A DNA stretch of 64,000 bases, taken from positions 558,001 to 622,000 of the forward strand of contig AP026150.1 of NCBI GenBank assembly GCA_030295235.1, written 5' to 3'. Below are positions 26,633 through 38,961 of the stretch, in pieces (the first letter of the stretch is position 1; each line of letters begins with the position of its first letter). The position numbers and the translations under genes are program-made. The notes below the pieces were generated by a model that saw nothing but the letters and a program-made list of their open reading frames with translations, did no database searches and was not told where the DNA came from. The DNA is from Fistulifera solaris. Its lineage: Eukaryota.

Positions 26633-27391
26633 CTACTTAGTCACTGAGACTGTAGAAGTTTCAGTGAACATGACCACGTAATTTTTACTGCCCGTCTGAC
26701 CATCTAAACGGGCGCCACGATGCCAAAATGACAAAAAAAAGCCCAATAGCGAGACCCTCACAACTCATCAACTCCATCCGCTTGCGCTATTGGTCCAATA
26801 TTGTGCTTGTTTAACGTCCAGGCTACGTTTACGGATCTAAAAACACACAAAAAATGAAAGGGAGCAAAAACGTGGATTGCGTCGAATTGAGGGGGAAGGT
26901 AGTACAAACAGCAATGGAAAGAATCACTGTTATGAACCAATATTTAGCGCCGCAGTTATTTTCAGACTTACTATCCGGGACTGAAATTAGATGAGTCGGG
27001 TTACGGAAGCCTAACACACTTCGTTGACGCAATTCAATTAATCCAGGGGACTAGATCAAGATCCTATTGTCAAATTATTGCTGTTGAATCATCCTCTCAA
27101 TTTATTTTTTCAAGGACCTTGGTATTGTCGGTGCAGTAAGGAAGGAGTGTATGTCCATCGCCTCCTAGAAAACACAACAACGTTGACTATTTCGTAAACA
27201 GTTTGTAACTGGTTGTTCTCATCATCTCCGGACTCAACTGCCTTTCAGTCCCGGTGCTGGTGCGAGATAGTGAGTCCAAGCAATAACAAAGGTGCGCAAA
27301 TGAGAAACGCGAAACGCTTTATTAGCACCGCATTTTGCGCTTTCCTTATAATCTTACTATTGATTTTTGTTCGTGTTGCTAGCTTTTCACC

Positions 27392-27724
27392 ATGCAAATC
27401 TCAAGCATCTTTGCCGGCTATTGGCTTCTGATGTTCATGGCAGAGTGCACATTTGCCTTCGTGATTCCCATTCAACATTCGTCTCGATTGAATACCTCAT
27501 TGAATTGGTTCGGAACAAACAATAACAAGAAAGATTCTAGTTCGAAACAGAAGAAAAAACCTATTACAAAAGATAATGACATCAACAACAGTGGTCCTCC
27601 GCCCTTTATCTTTTTGTACGGAAAACCACAGCACGATTGGTCTACGGGGAAACCGATTAGTGAGGACTCGTGGGTCAACAAGAAACGAGCCAATTGGCTT
27701 GTCAAGCCCAAAAAGGACAAGTGA
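27392..27724 (+). CDS. Small hypothetical protein with probable bipartite plastid presequence
   Basis: Signal peptide ending TFA-FVIP, transit-like SSRLNTSLN, and a Lys-rich mature part with FLYGKPQHDWSTGK. Confidence 0.6.
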   Translation: MQISSIFAGYWLLMFMAECTFAFVIPIQHSSRLNTSLNWFGTNNNKKDSSSKQKKKPITKDNDINNSGPPPFIFLYGKPQHDWSTGKPISEDSWVNKKRANWLVKPKKDK

Positions 27725-27786
27725 ATAGGGCTAGTGACAGGTTAAATATATTGTATGAGCGCGTTGATTGATTCAGTATCCGTTAT

Positions 27787-29403
27787 TCATTTCTTATCTT
27801 CATCATACGTTCCAGCCCGCCCATGATCGACTTGATTCCTATGCGCAAACGCTTTCGATTCAATGACACCCGACTGGAAGTCATCCAAGAACTGCGCCCG
27901 ATCCACCGTCCTCGCTTTGCGTAAATTCTCTGCCTTGATCTCTCGTGCTTGATGCTGCGCTCCCAGCGCTGCTGCCACTACTTCGCTGCCACCGACACCC
28001 CACACTTCCAAACTATCCAACTCAAAAATCGCTGTCCATCGGGCAGTAGCTGCCCGTGCGCAAATGTCATATCCCGCGAACCGGCGATGCATTGTTCGAA
28101 GGATTCTGGAAAAAACAGACGAGGTTCTGTGGTGGTGCCACCGAATCCGATACCGTGCGCTTGTTGATCGTAGCCTTTGCTGCGCGCGTACGAATTGCAG
28201 TACATGAAATTGCGGTCCGAACCAGAAGGCCGGAATATGCTAGTACGAGGTGCGACTTGAAAGAGGAAGCAATCCGTATTGCCGTAAAAGTCTTTCGATT
28301 CCTTCCAGGGGGATGCGGTAAAGGCTCCCAAAATACTACCTTTTTGCCAGTCGTGCGCGCTAAAAGTAATGTCGGGCCCGAGTATCCCAGCAAGGCGTTC
28401 TGGAGACGATTAAACGAGAGTCCGTCTTGTGTGGAAGTGTACAAACAGTAATAGCTACCGCCCAATGCCGGAGACAAGCAACCAAAGGTAAAGAGCAGAG
28501 ATGAAGTAGGGTGTTGAAAGAATGAACTGGGCTTGGAATCGTCTGTAACCCAGGGAAATTCGTAGGTCGTTCGTCCTGTCGAGCTGTGTGACATTCCGGG
28601 AAACAAAATGGTATGAAACAAGGTCGGTAGAATCGAAGCAAAGATGGGTGCCACGGCTTCCGACCATTCCAGAATATCCTCGAACGTTACCGAAAAATCG
28701 TCTTCATCATTCTTCGTGCTGTCTGGCTGAACATAAGTCAACCGCTTCTTCCCTTGTTCCACAATGGATTGTGCCAAGGCTAGAAGCGTTGCGTCGTGTT
28801 GTTGTGTGTATTCCACTATAGGTATAGAAGCATGATTGCCTTGCAAATATTCGGACGCCAAGGCCAATCGATACCCCAATCGAATGAATTCCGTTGCTTG
28901 TATAGTTGTTTCATTGTGGTCTGCCTGGCAACTTCGAAACATGACTTGCAAGGCTGCTCTCGAACCTCGACGTGATGCATTCGAAAGTCCCTCAAAGAAA
29001 GCCTCCAAGTCAGCACGCGATGTCGAACTCTCCGGTGGTTGCGTTCCGTAAGCATTTTGTGATGCCGTAAACACAGCTTGATACAATCGATTCCCAAAGT
29101 CAACCGGCAATACCTCCCGTTCCAGTTGCGCGATTTTTTCACATACTCCTCAAGTGTCATTTGTTGTTGCGAGGAGTCATCTTCTTTTGCTTCTGTATTC
29201 CGTACCTTACTACGACGAGTCCAACATTCTCCTGCCCAGTCTTGTAGAAAGGTTGTTTTGGACGGCTGACGCTGCCACGCTTGATAGCAGCGATACAAAT
29301 GCCACAATTCGGCGTCCCCGAACGGACAGCGTTCGCCCAAGAATTGCACATCCAGTTGTTCGGGTGTTTGTGAATGATTTGCTGTGCTGGACGAGACACC
29401 CAT
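27787..29403 (-). CDS. TLDc-domain protein, probably N-myristoylated
   Basis: MGVSSS start, LYTSTQDGLSFNRL, GYSGPTLL, GAFTASPW, FYGNTDCFLF, GIGFGG and FELDSLEVWGVGG. Split by several indels. Confidence 0.88.
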
Positions 29404-30327
29404 TTGTCTATAAAGAGAAGGGGCTATTCCGCTCAAGAAACAGATGCAAGTGAATTATTTTTTCCTTTCATAAGGTTGTTTTCTTTTACGATACGGTGCA
29501 TCGTTCGCGAAATACATAGAATTCCAGCCTCCCAGATTTTCTGGGGACGTGAAAACACCGCCCATTTTTGACACAGCGGTTCAGAATTTCCGTCTGCCTC
29601 AAATAATGGCAAATGGATCCACTATGGTCGAAAGTCTAGTATCGCGACAATGTTGCCTGCCATTCTTTCGTTCAGCAAAATTTCTTGAGCTCAATTTGTC
29701 GTTGTTGCAATAAAATAGGCTTTAGCAGCGTTTGCATTACACGTCACTATATTTTACGATGAACGGGCCTGCGTAATGTTGTCTTCCGTACCAGGTACTT
29801 ACTATGCACCGAAGTGTTGTCTGTTTTTCGCCACGACTGCATTTCAGTCATGAGTCCTTGCTCAATATTTTTTGTCCGTGCCAGCTTTTCAGCTTTCAGC
29901 TCCATTTTGCTAGTTTGGAATCGCAATAACGATGGAGGCTTTCGATACATTATTTTGCACGAAAATGTTTGATTGATGACTGAAATGGCAGTCGTGAAAA
30001 AGGTCGCCTTCACTAATCAGTCCTTTTAAAAGTCCTTTGTGTACTAATCGATCAACTATCAATTAGCCGCAGGAACGAGCAACGAGCAGACCGCACCTAA
30101 AAACCACCCCCCATACCCCGTACCCGGCAAGCCTTTATTCTTTCGCATTCGTTTTCCGCTGCAGTGTTTAGCAAGTCGAGAAGTAAAGGACTACGTAGCA
30201 GCAACGACATTCGCATTGAATACCCACTAAATTGTTTATTACTTTGCAATTCGAAAACTAAGAGAATTAGGAGGCGTTCATTACGGCGAGAAAAGCGATT
30301 TCTTTTACAGCAAGCACACGCACAACA

Positions 30328-31057
30328 ATGGCCCATCATTTGGCTCGCATTCACGGGACGGAAGAAGACAAAGTCAATTGTCCTTTCTATTTCAAAATTG
30401 GTGCTTGTCGACACTCCGATCGCTGCAGTCGCTTACATCACAAACCTCAATTCTCACAAACACTCCTCGTCAAGCATTTGTATCAACATCCCGTTCGACA
30501 AGCGGAACTGCAACAAGCTGTCGGGCAACCCGCTGCCGCCATTCCGGAAGAACAGGCTGTAGAAGAGTTTTTTGCTTCTTTGAAGACATGTTTATGGAAT
30601 TTAGTAAATTTGGACGCATTGAAGAAATGCACATTGTTGATAATCTGGGCGATCATCTGATTGGCCACGTGTACGTCAAATTCAGTGACGAGGAAGACGC
30701 GAGTGATGCCTTGGCCGTCATGAATGGGCGTTACTACGACGGAAGACAAATGCAAGTGGAATTCTCGCCTGTGACAGACTTTCGGGAAGCGCGTTGTCGA
30801 GATTATGACGATGATGTATGTGCTCGAGGAGGCTTTTGTAATTTTTGCACTCCAAACCCGTGCCGATGTGCCTGATTCGGTCGCTGGAAGAAGATGCGGA
30901 ACATGATCGTGAGCATGAAGAACGAGACAAGAAGCACAAGAGTAAGAAACGCAAGAAAGATCACGAATCACGGCATCATCATCGGAAGCGTTCCCGCCAT
31001 AGTCGAAGTCGCAGCCGCGATCGAAGTCGGTCCGAAGATGGCCGTAGTAGTGACTAG
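30328..31057 (+). CDS. U2AF1: Splicing factor U2AF small subunit
   Basis: MAHHLARIHGTEEDKVNCPFYFKIGACRH, UHM segment DNLGDHLIGHVYVKF, SPVTDFREARC, second CCCH finger and RS tail. T-run indels near 30570 and 30845. Confidence 0.96.
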
Positions 31058-31409
31058 TTGCTGTAAAACTGTATGAAGCGCTTACATGTACTTATGGATT
31101 TTGTGTAAAATTGAGATTTTGTCTGGAATAATTGGTACTTTGAGAGAGGATGAATTCCGCAAAGCTTGAAGCTTAGCTTTCAGTGCCGCACAGACACGAA
31201 GGTGCCGAAAGTCTTCAACAAAGTCGTCTGGTTTCGTCCGCAGCACTTTGTTTTTTGGTCTAATGACTGACGTACGCACTAAGAAAGTCTACGTAGCCCA
31301 ACGACCCTACGATTGTTGGCGCAACAGGCATCTTTGCAGGAAAAGGAGAACAACGAACCTTGCTATCAACAACAAAATTGCATTGCATCCCATCTCTCTT
31401 TGTAAAATC

Positions 31410-31977
31410 ATGATGAAGCAAACTGCTCTTTTCGTTGCTCTGTTGGCCTCTGTTTCGGCTTTCGCTCCCGCTAGCAGGTGTGTTGATGATTGTTTACTTG
31501 TCCGTTCGGTTCGAAAGGATTTTGTATTTTAGAAAGTGGAGGGAGACTTCCTTTGTAGCGCTGTTTGAACGCCAAGCATAAAATATGGCTTAAGAATCTC
31601 ATCACGGTATTTTCTTGCGCTGATAGTTGTGATGAAGCTGGGCTGTTCTCGAGTACGGAGAATAGATACAAATGAAAAAAAATCAACTAACGTTTCGTTT
31701 ACTACGTTTCGCATCAACGTGTTCTTCTCTTTTGCATTGTCGTCATTTAATCTTTATATGTCTATTTCTCACTGGTTGTTTCTTGTTCATTTTTTGTGAA
31801 ATCAGATTCGGTGTCAGCACAAAGTTGGCCGCCGAGTGGAAGCCTGCGGACGGTGCCAAGTGGGAAGAGACTGACTTTGAGAAGGAAATCACAAAGCTTG
31901 AGAAAGAAGCCGAAGAACGCATGGACAAGAAGATCGAGGAATTGAAATCCAAAATTCAAGCTACTGGTGCCAAGTAA
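31410..31977 (+). CDS. Small plastid-targeted helical protein (~79 aa precursor), function unknown
   Basis: Exon 1 (31410..31477) encodes MMKQTALFVALLASVSAFAPAS, an ASAFAP motif. GT-AG intron 31478..31805. Exon 2 encodes FGVSTKLAAEWKPADG...ATGAK in frame. Confidence 0.85.
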
Positions 31978-33098
31978 ATAAGCAACTTTTTATGTAATAG
32001 AAAGGAAACTTTGGACACACAAGCGGAAGGATATGTTTTCTCTGCTTTGTGAATAGTCGTACGAGCGCTTGTTTCATTTGTGTTTATGCGTGAAAATGTC
32101 GCAATTGAATGTAGCAGCGTTTTACTTGATCATCTAGATTCCTTTTCACACCCTAGCTTGGAGTTGATAGTAATGCGCTGGCCTGATCTAGATATTCTCC
32201 AATAGAAATGGCTTTTCGGAAATACGACTTGAAAGTGGAACTTTCGGCGTCGATAAGATCGCGCGACAATCAATTCCTACATATATTTATAATTAGTTTC
32301 GAATATTGTTTAATTTACAAGGTGTTTTTTTTGCTCAGGAACCCCGAAGCTGTTTTCTCCTTTTCTCAATCAAAGTCAAATAAGTTTGGCGCACATACAA
32401 TGAAAATTCACAAAAGCTAAACTGGTGTAAATTGGCTTTGATGTGAAGACCAGTACAAGTATAGACCTACAATCTGTCCAAAATCATTTGGTTTTCGGTG
32501 GACCTAGACGCCAAAAACAATATATTATTGAGTCATGAGTCATGACTCGACACAATGCTCGAGAATTCCTTTGGAGACTGGAGACTTGACATGTATCTTT
32601 TTGACCATTAAAGATGGTCTACGTGTCGTTATTCTTATTGCCTTGATTTAAATGAATATGTAGCTCTACTGCGGACAAGTTCATTGTTTGTAGTGCACCA
32701 TGTCTCGGTAACTCGCGTCGAAAAATGGTGGATTCCCTAATTTACTATACACTTGCCACGACTGGGAAAAACAGTTGAATCATGAGCCCGAACCATTGTC
32801 GAGCGTCGATGATTTGACAGGACCGCGCGCATTTAGCGCACCATAAGATCGGAAACGAGGCTTCCGTTTTTGTACAGCGCACGTACAAGTAGTACAGTAC
32901 GCTTTCAACGTCACATTTTAACCGTGAAGACTCGGACGAGCACCTTTTTCTGTTCCGTCATTCAAGCATCAGCATCGCTGATCTTCACAGAACATCGGAG
33001 CAGATCCTTAGATTCATTCATTTCTTTGCTGTGTCAAGCTTCACCCGTCGTTTCTCTGCGATCGCCTCACAAAAAGGAAAGAAAAGACTGCTGCAAAG

Positions 33099-35309
33099 AT
33101 GAGATATTTCCCGAACATCATCATCAAATTGGGCTTGGAGGATCATCCGGAAGGTACGATTCACTTGTGTGTCACCTGGAGAAGCACGAGTCGCGGTTCT
33201 AGACCAGTTTTCGTGTGCTTCTTATTACCGAAATCTTTCTCATGTTCTGCATCCCCTTGCGTTGCTGATAGGCAAAGCGTTGTTTCGTAGAATTACTCCA
33301 AGACAACTCCGAGAGAACAGCGGAGATGAACCTCTCGCTTATCTTAAGAAGCAGGCTGTTTTGCTCTTTCAGAAAGCATTTGAAGATACCGATGTCAATC
33401 TGGCTTGCTTTAATGTTTCTCTCACGTACAAGGACATGGATGGAGATCATATGATCATTCATAATCCGGAAGATCTAACGGCGGCGTTGAAGGAATATGC
33501 GGAAGCGGGCAAAATCAAGATGTTCGCGCAAGTGCGAGACAAGCCCTTGGCACCGAATACTGCCAGCTCTTCTCCCTCCGTGCACACTTCGACGCAAACC
33601 ACCAATATTACAACGGATCAGGAATCTCTGAATGTCACGGATGCTGTGGAGCATGTTGTGGGGGCGATTGCATCTGCCACGATCATGGCAGCCAATCAAG
33701 TCACTCGTTCTCTGCGCGATATTAAGCGGGCGGAACGCAAGATCATTCAACCGATTCGGGTGGCGACCGTGATGCGTGGTAGCTGCAAGCCAAATGCGTC
33801 CAAAAGACAACGAAACCTTCCCCTGTTTATCGCAAGGAGGAGGAGAAGGTCGAGGAGAAAATCTCGTCTGACGAGGTTTCCCCGCAGCTAGTGGAAGAAA
33901 AAGCCTCAAGCCCCTTCGAGAACGTGGAAAGTGAAAGGAACACCGCCGAGAACGACGAAGCATCGGAGAAGAAGCCAGGTTTAACGTTACAGGAGGATTG
34001 CGCCGTTCCGGAAAAGACCAGCGACGAACCACTTTTCATCCACGGGCGTCACACATGCGACGGTTGTTTGTCCACGCCCATTGTAGGAAAGCGTTTTCAT
34101 GCGATACCCGACTATGATCTCTGTGAGACCTGCTTCAAGAACTACAGCGGGGATCGTGAGTTTGCTGAAGTTGAACTTGGTATGTTAACTATTGCATTTC
34201 CCGTTGTCGACGTACAACGCGTTGCGGTCGTGTCTAACGTGTTTCGCTTTCGTTTAGATCAAGATCGGTTGTTTCAAGATCGCTGGACGACACGTTGGGA
34301 TCAGTTTCGTCGAAAGGGCTGCGCATTTGTATGCAAACCATTACCCAAGAGCCCTCCTCAAACGTCGCCTACCTGTCCCTTCCCACAGAGTGGCGACAGA
34401 AATGAACTGGAGCATGATCTCGCTCTTGAAGAAGCAGTTCGTCGAAGTCTTGACGTTTTGAAAAAAGAACCAATGGAAGTGGAAGTCAAGCCCAGTGAAT
34501 TCATCGTAGAGGAAGTTTTACGCCGCAGTGACGAGGAAGCCGAAGCAGAAGAAGCAGCGGCGGTTGAGAAAGCTATCCAGATGAGCATGGAGGAAGTCAA
34601 CAAGTCGGTTACTGCAGACACACCGATTTCCGCCCGTAGTTTAGCATCAAAGTCGTCCTTTGCGCAAGATGCAGCTGGCTGCGGTGATATCGCGAATGAT
34701 CTTGGCGAAGCTTTGGATAAAATCGCAAATGAAATCGATGAAATGACTTTGACGTTGGGACGTCCCGATGAAGAAAAGGAAGCTGATGACGTTGATAGTT
34801 ACATGGAGGAAGAGAGCTCGAAAGCCATTGATGATGCTTCTTTGGACGGAGAAAAGGGTGCTACAATTATTGAAGGTTCGGATACTGCGTTGACGCGTGA
34901 ATGGAGTGATGCGGGGAGCAGGAATAGCTGGCACGTGGTAAATAGTGACGAGGATGGCGTCGTGGTGGATGCGAACGCAGCTTTAGGTCGTGCCGCGCAA
35001 ATGATCGGATCAGCGTTGTTCAACAGCGATATGGAACGGTCCGCGCCTACTGCACCTTATGAATCAGTTGCCTCCGTCTCTTCTGTTCCAGCCACGGTCC
35101 ACTTGGATAGGACAGTGCCAACTACCGTCGTTCCCGATCAGTTGGAGCGTTGGGCTTTGCAGCTCACCCAACTACATGAGCTTGGCTTTCTAAACGACCA
35201 AGTTAACGTGGAAACCATCGAGCGCCTTGCTGCTGCCAACATTGGGGTGAACTCTACTGATGAGGTCTCTGTTCAGCAGGTTATTGACGAAATGATGAAA
35301 GACTGGTAA
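33099..35309 (+). CDS. NBR1/p62-like selective autophagy receptor (PB1, ZZ, LIR, UBA-like)
   Basis: PB1 OPCA motif LTYKDMDGDHMII, ZZ finger HTCDGC...DYDLCETC, LIR-like SWHVV, and UBA-like WALQLTQLHELGF. Introns 33154..33271 and 34180..34257, plus a frameshift near 33830. Confidence 0.82.
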
Positions 35310-35714
35310 CCTTAGGATGAAAATGCATTAAAAAAACGAGAAAACGACCTATTGCTGGAACTGTAGGTCTTGAACGCTCCTTTGCCCTTCCAAGGTAGTT
35401 TATGTATTTGGTTTAGCTTCGTTGACCCCTCGTCGCTTATCGGCTCCCGCCTACCGTTTCCTAATATAATCGATAACCGTTAGTAGGATTGACTTGTCGT
35501 TATCTAGATTGCTGATGGATGAATTGCCTAATGAAATAAGTCTGTTGTCTTTGTAAATTGCAAAATGTTTACTGTAACACGAAGAGTGGACTTGTTTTTT
35601 TGCGACTCAACTCAGTTCCAGTCCCGGTATTTGACAACATTATTGTAGCATAAATCGCATGTTTTTTATTGTCTGTGTTGCTTCCATCACATTATCATAT
35701 CTTCTCTTTACTTA

Positions 35715-36650
35715 ATGCTGAATCCGGGTTCATCTTCACGAGCATCGGCAATGCGGTTACAGCATCCATTGCAGAAAGTCTCTCAAACGAGTCGAGAGTC
35801 ATGGCAATTGACTCGAGCGTGCTGGAAGTCATCGCCGTCTTCGTCGTTATCAGCGCTGTCATCGGATCGCTTTAAAGCAATCCTCTTGGAACAGGCTCAA
35901 TTGAACAATCGAGTTGCTGCACGAATTCTCTTATTGGAAAAGGAGTGGAGTTTGTTGAAATATCACGGCGCCTCGAAATATTTACAGCAAAAATGGAGCA
36001 GTCGAAGAGCGTTACCTAGTGCTAATCACAGCAATCAACAACCGAATGCCGAACAACGAAGCAATAAAAACAAGGAAGTCCTCACTGAAACGGCACAAAT
36101 AGCATTCATGATTACATCGCGAATGAAACAGCAATTACGGGAGGAATTGGGGTACAACGAAACGCTTTTAAAAGACATGACGCCATTACAGGCAAGTTTG
36201 GTATTGCAAAATCAAATCATTGCTGACAACTATAACGACGAGCTCCCTCAACTTGAGGAAGATTATCATAAACAGCAAGAGCTCAAGAGAAAAGAGGAAG
36301 GGGATCTACGGGTGCGAATAGAGCAACGTGAAGCAGAAGGAAACCAAGTCGAACCTGTAAATGAGTCGCCTCGTTCCACTTACACGGATTCATCCCATTC
36401 AAAGCAAGTACCTCCCCAAACACCCTTCTTACAGCATTCATCCGTCTCCAGTGTCAATCAATCTACAGGAGGCAACAAAGTTATATGGTACGAGGTGATT
36501 CAAACTCAACCTGATGGCGAAGAACAAAAGATGGGACTGTACAAATGTACGGAAGAGGCACAAGAAGGGATCGATGCCTTGCAATACATTGCAGAAAGAC
36601 GGAAAGAGAAGAAAGATGTGAAGTTTTCTATTCGCCCTAGTCTTCGCTGA
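35715..36650 (+). CDS. Hypothetical protein
   Basis: 311-aa intact ORF with a globular-looking segment (FMITSRMKQQLREELGY...MTPLQA) and a coiled coil. No family recognised. Confidence 0.55.
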   Translation: MLNPGSSSRASAMRLQHPLQKVSQTSRESWQLTRACWKSSPSSSLSALSSDRFKAILLEQAQLNNRVAARILLLEKEWSLLKYHGASKYLQQKWSSRRALPSANHSNQQPNAEQRSNKNKEVLTETAQIAFMITSRMKQQLREELGYNETLLKDMTPLQASLVLQNQIIADNYNDELPQLEEDYHKQQELKRKEEGDLRVRIEQREAEGNQVEPVNESPRSTYTDSSHSKQVPPQTPFLQHSSVSSVNQSTGGNKVIWYEVIQTQPDGEEQKMGLYKCTEEAQEGIDALQYIAERRKEKKDVKFSIRPSLR

Positions 36651-37084
36651 AAACGAACCAGTCCTGATAAAGAGGAATTGGGCGCGTAACGTGTTTTATA
36701 TGCTTGAAAGGTGCATAAAACTAGACAAAATGCGTAAACGCATTTCGGCGAATCTAGAGTGTTTTGGCGAGCTAAGCATAATGATCAAATTTCAACTGAT
36801 AAAAACATGTATAGGTTTGGTCGCTTTACTATACAACAAAAAATTATTATAAAAAGTCGTCACAAGTGAACAGAAAAGAACACGACTGCAGTACGAGCTG
36901 ACGAGGTCAAAGGACGCTTAAAGTCTCGGGATCACACACCTGCCGACTCCGATTCCAACTTCTCCTTCTCGCTTCACCTTATCACATTATCGTAATTATG
37001 CCATGCGATTACAAACCCACAAACACTTTCCCATTTTACTCGCAATGAAAGTGGTGTGCTACTCTTGTTACTTTACATACGTCA

Positions 37085-38961
37085 ATGAAACAGGCAACAG
37101 ATAAATTTGATCGCGATGATCCGTGGCATCAAGTGTTGCTGTTAGTCTTTTACGGATCAGTCAGCATGCTCTGGTTCTATTCTATTTCAAGATGGACAAA
37201 CTTAATCAACTCGCTGCAAGTCATCTACAACGATTGGGGCAGGACGCCTCTCGATCCTGTTCCAGGTCAATACGCGGAGGAACCCGTTGTGACGGTTCAA
37301 ATTGCTACCTACAATGAGGGCACCGTCGTTGGAGATTCTATTGCGAGAGCGTGTGCGCTCGATTGGCCCCGAGACAAGCTCTTCATTCAAGTTTGTGACG
37401 ACTCGACCGAGAAAGAGAGTATCGCGATCATCGAGAACTTGATAATGAGCTGGAGAGAAAAAGGTTTTAATGTCGAGCGCTTATTTCGACATGATCGAAT
37501 CGGCTATAAGGCGGGGAATCTTCAGCACAACTTTCAGTTCATCAAAGGAGATTACGTTGCATATCTGGATGCCGATCACATGGTAGAGCCTCAGTTTCTT
37601 CGCCGAACTATTCCTCACTTTTACGACGAGAGCGGAAAGGCAAAGACTCATATTGGGCTCGTACAAACACCCTGGTGCTACTACAACACACATCAGAATC
37701 TTCTCACAGAATGTGGTGAGTTGTCGCGCTCTTTCAACTCCTGGAAGGCTTGATAATAATTCTCACGTTTGATTGTTTCTCATTAGACGCTCTCGGGCTC
37801 GACATTCACCATGTTATTGAACAGGTCGGTCGATGTCGCTCGTATGATCTTTTTGGATTCAATGGCACGGGTGGAGTATGGAATAAACAAGCGGTTGAAG
37901 ACGCGGGTGGGTTTTCATGCGACACAGTCACAGAGGACTTGCTGCTGTCTTACAAGGCCTATCTTGCGGGTTACGTCTTCATGTACATACGTGACGCTCC
38001 CCAGGCTCTCGAAGTCCCAAGTTGCATTCTCGCACATGTACAGCAAAAACAACGGTGGACCAAGGGATGCTTGCAGGTACTGCGGATGCATTACAAAGAG
38101 ATCTTATGTTGCAAACAAACTTCAGTTGCTGTCAAGCTGGAGGCTTTCATGCATCTGAGCGGCCCACTTCAACTGATTGCTGCAGTGACGGCTTTGCTAA
38201 GCTGTCCCTATCTCGTTTTTAATGGAGTAGACTCTATCCTGGTCAAAGTCGTTTCTATCTTTGCTCTGATAGAGCCTTTTGTCGCTGCACTCCACGCCAT
38301 TGTATCGAAAGTCCCAGGCGAAAACGGGCACTACAAACACTGGTCGTCGAAAGTTGCGCGCACTCTGACAATTTTCCCTCATGTTGCCCTCCGATGCGGG
38401 ATGGCTCCATTTGAAGCCAAGGCGGCAGTAGAAGGAGTATTCTCGAACGATGCTACCTTCCACACTACCCCAAAGGAGGGCAGCGATTCCTCAAATTCAA
38501 ATGCAACGAAAGCCAAGAAACTCGCCCGAGCAACAGGAGACGACATTGCCGCTACTGTAGGGCTTGTTTTAGCCATTCTACAGTTCTTCAACATGTTTGA
38601 TCTTGATTTGCGTATGCTGCATTTTCTGACTTTCGATTTTGCTGTTTTTGCGCTGAACATTTTGATGAGCATCGGTCTCTTTATCGTTCCTCTGACGTTT
38701 CTAATTGCAAAGTACCCGTCGGTAGGCCTACGGGCACTCCATTCACTCGCAAAAACACGACATATTGTTCTTACGGTCTCACTGTTTGCATACATAGTCG
38801 GGTACATGACATGCTTTATGTCGGGAGATGAGGTGAGTATGTCAATGTGTTTCGTGCAATGTTCTCTCTTCGCCCAGTCTCATTCAAATTTTTGCAAATA
38901 AATCTAGATTGGTCTCGGATTCGCTGACTCGCAATCCACCAGTAGTATCAGTCGTTATTGA
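37085..38961 (+). CDS. Processive GT2 glycosyltransferase (CSLA/CSLC-like), copy 1, ~576 aa, no sulfotransferase
   Basis: Exons 37085..37715, 37787..38832 and 38908..38961. Motifs VTVQIATYNE, QVCDDST, GYKAGNL, DADH, VQTPW, FNGTGG, TED, QQKQRW and FHTTPK, followed by TM helices. Confidence 0.9.
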
